Shown in pieces: positions 24,600-42,405 of a stretch of DNA of 64,000 nucleotides. A program made the position numbers and the translations under genes. The stretch spans positions 682,001-746,000 of the forward strand of contig CP075496.1 of NCBI GenBank assembly GCA_021613535.1. Direction: 5' to 3'. Positions within the stretch are counted from its first letter, which is position 1; the number at the start of each line of letters is the position of its first letter. This DNA is from Adineta vaga (Eukaryota > Animalia > Rotifera). Below the pieces are notes generated by a model that had not been told where the DNA came from, ran no database searches, and saw only the letters and a program-made list of their open reading frames with translations.

Positions 24600-27500
24600 C
24601 TAGAGAACACGAATAATTGAATGATAAGAAACAATAGGTGAATCTTCTTCTAAATGAACAGCTGTTGCACCAACATCCACCGATTGTTCAAATTCACCAC
24701 GAGCTTCCATTGCTAAACTTAATAAATACCTATTCAAAATAAAACAGAGTAGATGAGAAGAATGTTTTTTGAAATAATTTTACCAAGGTTGATAATTTGA
24801 TGGTTGAATTGAAATGGCATCTCGTGCATATTTTTCAGCTAAAGAATAATTTCCAATTTGAATTAAAAGTTTAGTTAGTTGAATTAAAGTTGAAAAATGA
24901 AAAGGATTAATTGCTAAAGCATCATTATAATTTTGTTTTGCTAATTTAAATTGACCACGTGCATCATTAATTAATCCACGTAAATAAAAGATTTGATGAC
25001 AAAATGGATTTAATAATAAAATTTCTTTCAAACAACGTTCACTTTCATCAATTTTATCTAATTTTATATAATATCGAACTAAAATATCAACAAAACATGA
25101 AAAAAGATTTTCAATGAAAAAATTTTACCAAGATGTTCAAAGATTTGAATTAAATTAAAATAAATTGGTTGAATCGAAAAGAAAGATGTCGATGAACGAT
25201 GATTTATCAACGAATTGTTTTCATCATTAACTAAACCAGACGAAGGTCGAATTCCTAATAATAACAGATTCTTAATTCCATCTTCAGCTTTTATAATTCC
25301 TGATGGATTATTTTCATTTTCGATTTCCATATTTATTGAAGGATTTTGTGATCGACCGATTGTTCGATTTCCAGCACTATAGAAATATTTCCATTTCTCT
25401 CTTCTTTTTCTCTTTTCTCTTTACCTTGAATTTGAAATACCACGAACATGATGAATATTATTCATTACCAATGGTTCAATTTCATTTTTCCAAACAACTA
25501 AAGCTTCTTTACAAGTAACAATGGATTGTTCACATCCATATAATTCTTCTTCGATCGATGCTTTTGTTAATAATAAACTAAACAAAATTCTTCACATTTA
25601 GATTTCATTTCTTTTCTTCTTCTTCTTCTGTCTTACTTGATATCAGGATATTCATTTGTTGCACGATAGATTTGTGCATAAGCTTCAGGAATTTTCTTTT
25701 TTGCAGTTAATAAAAGTGTATGAAGATGAAGTGCATGTTTATCATCAGGTGATAATAATAAACATGTTTCAATTGATTTCAATGCTTCATTTGTCTAATG
25801 AAAAAAAGATTCGTTGTTTTCATTGATTTGAAAAAGAGAAGAAAACAAACTTGATTGAGAAAAGATAGATTTTGTGCTAGATGAAAATGTGCAACGGAAT
25901 CATATGGATCAAGTTCAATACATCTATAAAAAAGCAAAAGATAGATTATAAGAAAGAAATTATGATTGCAAATAAATTTACTCTCGAAGTTCTTTGATGG
26001 CTGATTGAAATAGTTTTTGTCGATCATGATGAATTGATGATTGACGAGCTTTGAATGATTTGGCTAATGCAAGAAGAAGTAATGAACGAGGAAGTGGTGG
26101 TGTTTGTAATTCTTTTGCTTGTTGACAATAATTGATTGCTTCATCAATCTTTTTGAAATTAACAGAATACATGAAAAGAAAAGAAAAGAAAAGAAAGAAA
26201 TTTGAATTTACCAAATCAATAAATGGTGGTCGTTGTTCATGTTGACTTTGTTGTTGTTGTTGCTGCTGCTGAGTGAATGTTTGTTTTAGCATTGGTTGAA
26301 TATCTTCACCACTTGATGGAAATGTTTCAAATAATGATGGTAACTAAGAAACAAAAGACATTTTGAAAAAAAACAAGAAGAATGAAATAGAAACAAACAT
26401 CATAGATATCTTGAAGAATTATTTTTGAAAGTTGTAAATAAACTTGAATATTTTGTGGCTGCATTCGAAGACATTCTTTTAGAATTAAATATGCACGAAA
26501 TGATTGACCAGATGAAATTAATGCTAAACCATAATTATACCATGTTTGAAAATGTTCAAATGAAAATCGTAATGCTTGTTCATAGGACTTCAAGACAAAA
26601 TCAAAATTATTCTTCGAAAAAAAAATTCATTTATAAACTTACATCCGCAATTAAATGAAATGCTTGTTTACGAGAAAGAAATATCGCGAGAAGTGAAAGA
26701 ATATTATAAGCTGCTTGATGACTTCGTTCACGTTGTGCTTCATATTCAGGTTGCCAATCGAGAACTGCTTCGTTCAAGGTTGATGATTGACCCAATAATA
26801 ATAATAATAGAATTTCTTCATCAACATCTCGTGGAACAAATAATGGTCTAAAAGATATCTTCGTGCTTTTTTCTGAATGAAATTTGAGGAGAAAGAGATG
26901 TTTACTGAGAATTGCGACGATGTGGAAGAAAATGATGATGATGATGATGATGGTTATGGTTATGATCGTCTGAGCTGGTATTGATTTGAGGATAGTTTCC
27001 TTTACAAACACATTTAATCAATAATTGTGCATATTGTTTTATTAATGTCTATTGGAATACAACAAACTTCAAATAAATATTATTTCAGGAAAGTTTACAT
27101 ACTTGTCTCATTGTTTCCAGTGATTTGATATGAACATTTTGAATATACGAACGAAAGATTTCGATTGCTGTTACTACATTGCTAAAAAAGAAAATTCTTT
27201 CTATAAATCATCATTTAGTGCATTTCAAATGCTTCTATATGTTTCGGTAGCATGAGATTAAAAGATGACAACTGGAGTTTAGTGGAAGAAACTGATTTGT
27301 AGATATAAAAAAGAAAGAAAGAAAGAAGATTACTTGTTAGCTGCATGTAAGAGTGGTAAGCGTTGATAAGCAATTTCAATTAAAGAATTTTCAATATCCA
27401 AATTTTCATTATTTAAATGTTTTGCCTTTTCAACTTCAGCATAATAAGTTCTACTCAGTTTACATGAATCATCAAACGCTTGAATAATATCAAATAATTC

Positions 27501-28009
27501 TCCATCTTTTTTCTCTAATAAAAGACCTTTAAGCGAATAGATTTCAGCTAATAATAAAGATGAGCGATGTGGTTCCTCTTGATCATCATTTGGTATGGAA
27601 TTTAGTGCTAAATCAACACTTGCTAAACAATCATCAAAACGTCCTTGTGCATAATATAATTTCGCTAATAAACATTGTCCCTCAAATGTTCGAGATAATC
27701 CACCTGATTTTAAAAGATTTTCAACACGAACTAAACTTTCTCGTGCATATTCAATATGATGTGAATCAGTTAATGGATATTGTTGTAAATATAATTCTAA
27801 GTGAGCTTCTCCTTCCAAAAATTTTGAATACTCTATTCAAATTAAAAACGAATTAATAAAGAAACATAATTTAAAACATAGAGATGCAAACCTGAAACTT
27901 TCGATGTTTTTAATTTATCAAGAATTTTTGTCCAATTAAGTTCTAAACGCTGTTTTTCAATTTCATGATCTGTTCGATATTTACCAATTTGAGAGTTGAT
28001 TCCAGCCAT
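24600..28009 (-). CDS. TTC7: Tetratricopeptide repeat protein 7 (TTC7/Ypp1-like PI4KA scaffold), multi-exon
   Basis: N-terminal EIEKQRLELNW; FVPRDVDEEILLLLLLGQS..EAVL; YEQALRFSFEHFQTWYNYGLAL; C-terminal TPRs ending LEEDSPIVSYHSIIRVL*. Confidence 0.85.
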
Positions 28010-28594
28010 CGATTTCGTTTTTATTCAATTGCCTACGATTTGTGTAAGAGTATGATGATGTTTTCACTTTTTGCTTTCTTGCATTGTTTATTATCGATGC
28101 TTAACTATTCACCAATACAAATTCATATTGCAACCATCTCTCTTACATAGATGTCACTTTATGATTATTATATGACATTCACAATTTATTGTACAGGCAA
28201 ATCTGTTTCACTTATCATACATTTAATATGTGAAACTTTAAAACCAACGATCCAAATTTCCTGCCATTCTCCTGTTCTTCTTACGACCATTTAACTGAAT
28301 ACTTCGACTGTCTTAGAGAGTAATCCTTTTTGCATGATTCCATACATATCTTATGAATTAAATATTGGAAATCCTGAATAGTTGGATACTTGATTAGTTG
28401 AATTCATCTTTCGAATTTGACACTACTAAAAAATAAAATTTTACAAACATTCAAAAAGCGATTATACTCATTAATTATCAATAATTGCTGTACGCACACA
28501 ATTTAATATACTTGAAGTTTTCGATATAAATGCTTCAGAAATCGATAGGAAAATGGAGACAGGATTCTGCTGCGGTGTAGTGTTTAGTCATACA

Positions 28595-29080
28595 ATGGTC
28601 TATTATATTTCAATCTGAATTAAGAAAAAAAAATAAACAGACTTTATTTAAAATCGAGATGATGGGAGTACTAGAATATAATACTTATGATCAACCTTTT
28701 TCATTGCAGAGAAAGATTAGGGAAAAGTTAGCCTAGGGAGACTAAGTAGGACCAAAATATTTTTAATATTATTCTACACTAAAATTTATTAATGCAAAGC
28801 AATTTATTGAGAGAGTTAACTGATTGAATGCATCATGTGTATATAGAAAAAAGGTAACGAAGAAAGGATATTGTAGACTATATGATAAAGAATAGAAATA
28901 GGAGTGTAAGAAGTACTGTATTTTTTATTCCAATTGGTATTGCTGATTGCAGTGAAGATGGTTAAGCTTCTTTCACGATTGAAAAGGTTTCGTCTCTGAA
29001 GTCCCCCTAATCTCACCAGTGTTTGAATAAAAGGGATTCAACTTTATTTTTAAGATTCAGTTTGAAATGTAATAGACCAT
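28595..29080. mobile_element. Non-autonomous TIR element (MITE)
   Basis: atggtctattatatttcaatctgaat vs attcagtttgaaatgtaatagaccat (26-bp inverted repeat, 2 mismatches); TSD unclear. Confidence 0.7.
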
Positions 29081-29302
29081 ATAGACACCGTTTAGTATCA
29101 GTTTTTTATAGTCTTTCGATATCATTAATAAAATGATTCTGAAATAAAATATTATTGATGTATTGCCTCATAGAGGCAATCTTCTAAGATTATTTTAGTC
29201 TTTTTTTATTTGTCAAATATTTGATGAAAGTCGTTGATATAAAAATGAACAAAACAAAAAAGAAACAATTACTTTTCAGATTCTATCACCTAAGCTTGTA
29301 TA

Positions 29303-30529
29303 CTATAGTTGATCAACATTATCTAATAAAGAATCAAATGCATCATGTAAATCAGCATAGCAAATCTGTTCTATCTGTGCAGCTGTATATTCACCAAGTA
29401 CATATAGATTCATCTGAGCTAATGACGCGGATGATGATGAAAATTGATCCTTCAATTCTTTCTTGACTTTTTCGGTATCAATATCTTCACGAAATTTCTG
29501 TTGATCTTTACTAATCATCCAATGTCGTATGTGAGCTAAACGTTCGATTTCATTTCCATCGGGTTCTTCATATTTTGTTAAGAAAAATTCATGACTATTC
29601 TTCGTCTTGCATTCAAGTTCTCCAGCAAAGTAGCTCTTCAATAAATTTGTTAATTCTTGTGCATTATGGAAAGTATGAAAATACTGTCTTCTATCATCTT
29701 CTTTATGCTGTTGTTCATATGCTTCATAAACTAAAAGAAACTTTTCATCGTTGAAATACAATGCCTCAAATGGAATTGATGAATCAAAATCACAAATGAT
29801 AACACGAGCATGTTCAATTAAATCTAGCGTATTTGTTTGCGTATCTGGTATAATATTTTTGGACTTAAGTAACTGATCCGCATGTTTTCGTTCTAAAGTA
29901 CCTAGAGTAAACAATGGATTATTGCCATTGTTTGATGGATATGTTGAAGGATGTAATTTAATAACATGTTCAAATGAAAATGTCGCTATGAGTTCGATAA
30001 CTTCGACGTTTGATAAAAGACTAAATGGTGCTTCTTCCGACGAAAAACTGGGGCAAACAACAATCGGATGTGTTTTATTATTTTTCATAGATGACAATTG
30101 TTTCGTACGTATATAATTAGTAAAAGTAATTGGTAATCGATGTGAATTCTTATGATCACAACTTTGACATCCATACATACAATGACCTGTGGAATAAACA
30201 TCAATAATCGAAGGAATATTGTTTTGTATAGTACGAAAGAAACGATATTGTAATTGTCCAAATGAATAATTGATTGAAGCAGTTAGAAGGACTACTATTT
30301 GACATTGTTGTTCTTGTTGATGAATAAGTTCAGTAAGAATTGTATCAATACTAAATTCGTGTACATAAACATGATCTGATAGGGAAAAATGATCTCGTAG
30401 AAGTTGTTGAGCTGGATTCCATTTGTAAATGAAGAGATGAACATCCGCAAAAGAAGCAAACGAAAGAATCAATTCCACATGAGCGTAACCCGTATGATAA
30501 GGAACGAAAAATACTAAATTCTTTAACAT
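29303..30529 (-). CDS. Intronless 408-aa protein with a GT-B / CDP-glycerol glycerophosphotransferase (TagB/TagF)-like C-terminal domain
   Basis: Motif series IVVCPSFS / VIKLHP / DLIEHARVIICDFDSSIPFEAL parallels TagF-family ILYAPTFR / LRxHP / LLxxSDxLITDYSSVxFD. Confidence 0.55.
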   Translation of the reverse strand: MLKNLVFFVPYHTGYAHVELILSFASFADVHLFIYKWNPAQQLLRDHFSLSDHVYVHEFSIDTILTELIHQQEQQCQIVVLLTASINYSFGQLQYRFFRTIQNNIPSIIDVYSTGHCMYGCQSCDHKNSHRLPITFTNYIRTKQLSSMKNNKTHPIVVCPSFSSEEAPFSLLSNVEVIELIATFSFEHVIKLHPSTYPSNNGNNPLFTLGTLERKHADQLLKSKNIIPDTQTNTLDLIEHARVIICDFDSSIPFEALYFNDEKFLLVYEAYEQQHKEDDRRQYFHTFHNAQELTNLLKSYFAGELECKTKNSHEFFLTKYEEPDGNEIERLAHIRHWMISKDQQKFREDIDTEKVKKELKDQFSSSSASLAQMNLYVLGEYTAAQIEQICYADLHDAFDSLLDNVDQL

Positions 30530-31828
30530 AGAATTTTGATCTTTTTATTAAAAAAAATAAAAAAGAAATAAATATTTAAAATATACAAATACATTTTATT
30601 ATCAAACCTTTTTATTTCAATAGAAGAAAAAAATCTACTATCGATTATTATTTTCTCATGTGATGTCTTTCTCTTCACATCGAAGGTCATACTGTTGCCT
30701 TGGCACAGAGCCAATCAAAATAATCGAAAAGAAAACAACTATAGGAGATAATTTCTTCATATTTTTTATTAATACCTTTTCTGAAAAGTTTTTTAAATTA
30801 GATGATACACACTCTATAAAGAATACGAAAGACAATATTTAACGATTCGATTTGTATATAGACAAGGAAAAGGAAACGATGAAAGAAGAAAAAAAGGATT
30901 ATTGCGTTTTTTTTCTACTATATAAAATGCAAATGTTAAACAGAAAAGAAAGAAAGAAAGAGAAAAATAGTCTGAAGGATTTACAAAAATATTTTGCTAC
31001 AAACAATACGCAAAGAATGTCATTTACTATAAATATCTTGAATGAAAAAAATAAATCTAATCTTTTTTGTTGATTCAAGAAACATGTGTTAAAGTGTACA
31101 AAAAAAAAGAACTCATCGAATATAGTGATAAGGACAGAAGTTTTATCAGCCATATATTTACTATACGTAATAAAAATACCAGTTATAAAACTATAATGAA
31201 TAAAATTATGAGACTATTTCATACTTTAATGATTTATTCTACATTGATCTACTTTTTTAAGGTCAATACTTATTATTATGAAAAGAATGAAATAAACGAA
31301 TTAGTGTGATCTTTAGGAAGATTCTTTATGATTCCAGCGAGGTGATCTCGCCATTTATATTCAATCCTTCATACGCATATTTCAGTGATACTAAAAAATA
31401 TTCTCTTGAATGTAATAGTTTGCAAAACTGGTGGTTTAGTTACTATAATATCATTCCGTTTTTTCTATTCACTTAATTATGATCGAACATGTTCGGCAAT
31501 AGATGGTAGTAGTAGTGAACATGTATATTCAATGGTTTTATCTTACATCCAGTCAATATTATGCAAGGACGTGAATGATGACGTCATCAAGAGAATTTTG
31601 TTATATTCAAAGAACTACCATTCGACTCGATTGTACATTACTGATGCTTGTCTCGTAATTAATCTTGATAGATCAAGGTTAAGTTTATGAATGACAATGA
31701 TGAAGACAAAACCTAAACAAATAAAAATTTCAGACGCAAAAGAAAAGTCAATTGAAACAAATTGTCATATCTCTTCTACGTCTGTCTAAAAACGACTGTT
31801 TCTATTTTGCTTCAACTTTTTAACTAAA

Positions 31829-32091
31829 ATCTTAATAAGAAGTTTCTTGATCAATAAATGATCCAGGAAATTTTCTAATCATCAATTTTCTCCATTCATC
31901 ATAAACAAACACAAGTAAAGTAAATGGTAATGGTAAAAACCACCAATGTAACCTAAAAAGTTATGTTTATCATAAAAAATCGTTTTTCAAAGAATAACTT
32001 ACTTTAATGGATATATTATCAAACCACGATTGATATATGGAGTATAGGATAAAATTATTGCTAAGACAGTTTCAAATATAATACTCATATT
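31829..32091 (-). repeat. Near-identical partial duplicate of the last two exons of the P2C ATPase (34945-35209)
   Basis: Direct repeat of ~265 bp that includes the last intron and the stop codon; few substitutions. Confidence 0.9.
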
Positions 32092-33399
32092 CTCACAGTC
32101 ATCACTCTCAAGATTCTCTTTGATATTTCTCTTATGTCGATTGATTTCGTATTATATCATTATCATCTATCAAACGATCTGAGTTTACTACATAAAGTCT
32201 CCGAAAAAGTTAGTTATAGAAAAAGAATATTATTTAACAAGAGATAACGAGTATCTTTTACTGGTTTATGAACTAGGCAAGCTCTTCTCTTGCTTTTGAA
32301 CATTGTGTACAATGTTATGTTGAGAGAATGGCAATGAAAAAATCTTCATATTTCCTTCAAAATGAAGTATTACGTTTCGATCTAACTATTCAATATAGCA
32401 TATGTATGAAACTTTTTTGAATCAATCATTGTTATTTGTGCTAATCCACATAATATTCGATTATTTTAATGACTCCCTTATTTCTTGTGTTTATTGTTTA
32501 ATCTTGAAATAAACTGACGTTACATTACATCGCCTAAAAAAAGGAACGATTTAGTATGGAACGAAATATGGAACCAGTTCATAGATGATATCTATATAAG
32601 AGGGATCAATTGGGAATGAATATGTTCATTTAAGTATATTTTTATGATATTAATTCATAGAAAAGTTTACTTTGATCATCAGTTTGATTAATGAGTGGCA
32701 TTGGCTCAATTATACTACATGGTGAAAGAGATTGCGTCGTTTTTATTGCCATAATCAGGTTGTCAATATGTTCATGATGTTCATAACTACATAGATAAAC
32801 AAGAATGACTATTCTGCCTTCTATGATATTCATCACTTATCCAAATTTATCTACATCGATTAAAGTGTTGGTGACGGGCATATGGCATATATAAATTGCC
32901 TCGGATGCTACCAAGTCAATTAGAAATGCATTTTCTCGTTCATACGGAAAAAATTTCAGTAGTTTAAAAGTATTTTTCAACATTACGTAATGGATTTTCT
33001 TGGCGTTTTCAAAGACAAAACCTATCACCAATGAATTAACTTCAATGCTAATTCATCTTTACTTTACCTGCATAAACAAGAAAGAGTATCGAGTATTTGT
33101 TAAAAAATTTCATACTAAATGAATAAATCGATATACATTCATTTAGATGATCAATATACGACAAGATTATTAAAATGACTAATGCCATTTTTTGTTTCTT
33201 CTTCTTCTTTATATTATCGAAATAAAAGTGACCAGATTGAAAATAATAAAGGGACGGATTTCATTCATCTGGAAATATTATCATCCGTAGTATCAGCTTT
33301 AAATGCGTCATCGGTTAACATTCACTTACAACGTCTAGACAAAATCGATCATATTTCTGAAAAGAAAATCCAATTATTTTGTATTGACTAATTGTGCTA

Positions 33400-33775
33400 T
33401 ACTTGGATATGTACCTCAAAAGTGGAAATAAGTACCCTCAAACTGATAATATATAGAAATAGAAGACCCAAGGGTACTTCCACTCTCAAAATATAGTAAA
33501 ACTTTTGAATGAGCTTTAACAGTTAGTTGCTTCCTAAACGTTTTCTTGACCTTTGACTCCTAACAGAGAACCAAACGGACAGACATATTTTTTTCTGTGA
33601 CTCATCAGGTTCTTTACAGATCATTCTCATCTTCGAACTCAATCGAGATATCGATAAGACAAATCTCTATATGGTGACAATCAGTTTGGATTTTCAAAAA
33701 AGTTATCGTATAAACGGCCGGATATACATACCGACTAATTCTATAGTATACTCACTTCTTGACTGCACAAAAAAT
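33400..33775 (-). mobile_element. Fragment (5' part) of a family A Helentron-like element
   Basis: ttctcatcttcgaactc..gagatat..aaaagttatcgt-taaacgg..agtatactcacttcttgactgcac matches 10498-10650. Confidence 0.55.
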
Positions 33776-34947
33776 TAGTTGCATAATTTATTAACATGGG
33801 TGAATATGAAGAAAAGAATTTGTATCATTTCCATTGTAAACTACATAAGATAAATCTGAAGATGAAACTAGAACAGTGAACAAAAATCAAGGATACTATA
33901 ACGACCTCTATGATCAATTTTTTATAAAAGATGCTGCCGAAATCGTAAATCATGGATGACAAAGATATAACTGAAATATAAGACAGGAGTAGGAGAGTTA
34001 AAACTACTTTTCATATTCGACCAATATTGATATAGATGTGTTATGAAAAGGTATCGTTAATTGTAAATAGTCATATTCTGAGCCTCAAGAACTCTGTCAG
34101 CTGTACAATGTCTACTAATATGTTACAGGAGCAAAACGAAGTGAAGAGTGCGAGGAAAAGCAACAATCTTCCGTTATTCTTTTTTAGAACAATAAACCAA
34201 ACGACGATTTCGATGATATCGAATTCATAAAAATAAAAAACAAGGAATCGATTAATCGCATACAACAACTTGAGCAGACCATTAGCTTTAAGGATCAATT
34301 ATTCAAAACTTTATTGTAATTACTTCTATTTTCATGATTATTAAGAAGAGTTCATCTGTCGTATGAAAAAAATTTTTTTTTATTTAATTCTTATTCTGTG
34401 AAAATGTTTGATAAGTATACTCACATCAACATTCTTTTGTCAAATACGTTTTGAATCAGTGGATTATGTTACGAAAGTTTTAAAAAATCACCATTTATTT
34501 CTACCAAATTGTGGTATGAGTAATTGAGTTATTGTAGTCGTTTCGCACTCTTCAACTTCAAATGATGTGTTTATGTTCCGACACACATCATTCCTCAAAA
34601 CTCCCCTAAAATATGCATTTGCGACTATTTACGCATATAACACAGTTCAGAGCAGTCAGTTTTCATATTTTTAGAAATACTGTTTTTTACTTTTCTTTTC
34701 TTTAGTTTTAATACATTTAGTACAAATTGATAAATAAGAAAGAAGATTTATTTCTATTTTTTATTTTTTATAATATAGTCTCATTTGTCTCTTACTGTAG
34801 TAATATTTTAGTTCTCATCAATACTTGCAATGAAATCAACATACAACGAAATAAATCAGCTGATATTCTAATTCTGATTTTTTTATTAATCTAAAATAAA
34901 AGACATTCTAAACACAAAAAAAACACATTGAAATATAAAATTACATC

Positions 34948-38917
<3,970 letters not shown>

Positions 38918-40262
38918 AATTTAAACTTATATAACGAGTGATCAGATAGATATTAACTATTGATTTTGCATTAGAAATAGAATTAAAATCGATGAAGCAT
39001 AGCTATCAACTGAAAGAAAAGAAAAAAAGAAATATGTTATTCACAGTATGTATATTGCAATCAATATTTCATCTGTATAACCATTCGAATGCTTTTCTCT
39101 TTCGTTTCGTTTTGTCCCAAAGGATCAAAAATGCAATGGGTATTCTTTTCTTTATATATTTATATATATATATAAAAAAAAGTCAATTTTAACAAATAGA
39201 CGTTTTTCTCACTTTTTGATTCTGACCCGTTTTTTTCGTTGTTATCTCGATGAATATTTGATCAAATATTGATTTAAAAAAAGAAAACGAGGATATTCAA
39301 TAAAATTTGACCAGATAAATGTTTTTATCTCAATGACATTTTTTCTCTAATGAATTGATTCTTATTTTTTGGATTGAATGAAGTACAAATGTTAATCACA
39401 CTTCTCAATTGAAATGTTTTTTTTCTTCTTCTTCTTTCCTTTCGAGAACAAAATGGATCACTGAAGAAAAGAAATATCACTTACTATGCTGAAATCATTG
39501 AAAAAAAAAGTTCTGTTTCTTTTTCCCTTCGTATTTAGATCGATATTTTTAATACATCACGGACATATGTTAAATCTTTTGTCTTTCTTAATCGAAACAC
39601 ATGGAATGAATATTAATTTCTCTTCTTTGATCCATTGAAACAATTGTCAGAAGAAATTATTCATTTTTATTCTTTTTTCATATCTGATTAGTTCGAATAT
39701 TTATCAATAATATCTCGACTATCCCAACGATTTCCTTTATTATATATTTTAATTTTAAGAAAATATTTTTATTTAAATTTATTTATTTCTTTTACAGAAA
39801 TCATGAATTATGTTCTCTTGAATCTTTGCAGTAATGACCTTTCTGTCTGTTTAATTTGAAAACTAGTTCATTCTAAGATCAGGTCATTTTGTGAATAATT
39901 TATATCTTACATGAACCAAGAAATGGATGAGAATATAATAGAATCTATGAGATAAAGTTTATTTTTATTTGCTTGCTCGCACTTCTGATTTTATCATGAG
40001 ATAGAAGTTGTCATTTTCATTAGTGACATTCTCAATGTATCAAAAAAAGCTTTTATTTGGATGTTCATTATAATTATTTCTACCTGTTGAGTTTATTATA
40101 ATTGCACAGTAATAATATGAAGTGATGGATATGTAGGATTTTCACGGACAACATTAATTTATTATACTTTAATCTTGCTGTATTCAGTCGAGAAGAATAA
40201 AATTCATAGAAATATTATCTATTTATGCTCATTTTGTTGTGTATTATCGCGAAGATACAAAA

Positions 40263-41294
40263 ATGAAAGACGTTGATTTACAGACAGTCGGGAGCGATAG
40301 ACTTGCATTTTATCGTACTAAATTTATCATTTTACTTGTATTTCAAATCGGAGCAATTGTCTGTTCTCTTATAATCTTTATGTTTTTCAAGAAGCATCAA
40401 TCTGTTTTGAAAGCTCCACAAAACTATGGTTTAGTCCTGTTACTTACAGTGAATTTTATACAGTTAGTATTCGATATGCCACTTCCACTTCATTTCTATT
40501 ACGTTGGTTATGTTTCTCCAGCAACATCAACACATTGCTTATGGTGGACATACTTTGAATACACAGTATATGCAATAACTGAATATTTATTAGCCACTAT
40601 TGCTGTTCAAAGACACGTCTTTATTTTTACTCAACACACTTTACGAAGTCGAAGAATGCGTTATCTATTACATTATGTACCACTTCTTTTTTGCCTAATT
40701 TATCCTACAATATTCTATATATTTGCCATTCTTATATATCCATGCGATAACTCTCAATGGTGGATTTATAGTAATAAACTGTGTGGTTATGCCAATTGTT
40801 ATCTGCTCTTTAACAAGATATTAGGTTCATTTGATTTATTGGTCAACAATTTTGTACCAGTCATCACCGATATTATAGCCAATATCATTCTGATTGTAAG
40901 AGTTCTGATGCAAAAACGCCGTGTTAGACATGCTGTGACATGGCAACAACAGCGGCATATGATAATACAATTATTTTGCCTTTCGGGTCTTTATTTAGTT
41001 GCCTGGACACCATTTCTTGTTGTATACGTCATAAATGTTCTCAGTGATCCAACATTTCTAAATCAAGTTACAACGGATTACCTTGGAGATATGCTCTATC
41101 TTGTTCATCTTTTTCTTCCATGGATGTCTTTCATTTTATTTCCAGAACTGCGCAAATGGCTTTTGAAATCATGTTCTTTTCGGCAAAGACGCAACACTGT
41201 AGGGATTTCACCATCACGTAATGCACCTGGAGCCACGCAACTGCGTGCTGCTGTTGGAGTTTCACAAGCAGTTAACAGGCAATCACAAACATGA
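40263..41294 (+). CDS. Intronless class A (rhodopsin-like) GPCR
   Basis: Seven hydrophobic segments; TM3 C..IAVQRH (DRY variant); TM6 YLVAWTP; TM7 LFLPW; first in-frame ATG at 40263. Confidence 0.85.
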   Translation: MKDVDLQTVGSDRLAFYRTKFIILLVFQIGAIVCSLIIFMFFKKHQSVLKAPQNYGLVLLLTVNFIQLVFDMPLPLHFYYVGYVSPATSTHCLWWTYFEYTVYAITEYLLATIAVQRHVFIFTQHTLRSRRMRYLLHYVPLLFCLIYPTIFYIFAILIYPCDNSQWWIYSNKLCGYANCYLLFNKILGSFDLLVNNFVPVITDIIANIILIVRVLMQKRRVRHAVTWQQQRHMIIQLFCLSGLYLVAWTPFLVVYVINVLSDPTFLNQVTTDYLGDMLYLVHLFLPWMSFILFPELRKWLLKSCSFRQRRNTVGISPSRNAPGATQLRAAVGVSQAVNRQSQT

Positions 41295-42405
41295 GCGATT
41301 AATATTATCTATACTACGAAATACGAGGACATATGTACAACTATCGCTCATAAAGACTCGAATCTATCATAGATATATAAAACTTATCATCGTTCTATCA
41401 TATTTTTTCTTACTCATATGTATTCATCACGGAACTTGCTCACAGGTAAATAGAATAATTATTGAAATACTTGAAAAGCATCAGTTATAATGAAAGTTGT
41501 CCAACAATTACTGGGCAAATCTCTTAACACAATACCAGATCAAGGACGGTATTTTGAAATTTTAGGCTACGACGTGCGTCTATAGAAATGGCAAAACAAA
41601 CAAACAAATAAACTCGCTGTACCTCTCGAACGTTTTTTCTGAATCACTTCAAATAACATTGATGAACAGATATATATCCTCTGTGGAATGACATTAATCA
41701 GACAGCATAATTTACAAGTGTATTTTCTGAACGCATAGTCAGTCTTATTTTATTAATTTCTGATTGCTTTGTTTACTTATTCTTATTGTGTCATGTAGTT
41801 TGTCTATTTGCTATCTATTTTCGTATCATTTAATTGTTATTATAAATAAGTAGACTCGAAATACTTGAAAATATTATCAAAAATCATTTAAATTTTAATA
41901 GATAATAATTTAAGAAAAATTGTATACGCAAAGCATATAGAAATCAAACTACTCTAGAATTGCATTACTATTCTGCATTTATTGGTGACTGTATATACGA
42001 CCACACTATAAAATTTTTTACGAACATATCAAGTTATTTCTTATCTAAATGATTTATTTCAAGAGCAGCGTGAGTTATAAATGCGTTTTTTCCCCTGTAA
42101 AATTCAGTGTGTTTATCGAACAAATATCTGTATCGATCGACAATAAATGGGATAAGAACGCATCTGTTATTCGTTGTCGTTTATTAATAAAAATGAAAAA
42201 AGAAACTGCTATCTTCATTTTATATTTTTATCAAACAAGTCTAATATGTAAGTCAGTCTTTGAAAAGAATACACAGAATAGCGGTTCCGAAAGATGTGTA
42301 TGATTATGGTGGAATAGATTCAATATCCTCGCTTTTACTTTCTCTGCAGAATACATTATTTTGCGATGTAACAGTTGACTTTCTATCCTGTTTTTCTAGA
42401 TCACG

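Noticed and set aside
32100-33100. Fragmented minus-strand ORFs (32642-33031)
   Set aside because: Probably a decayed gene, but no family could be recognised.
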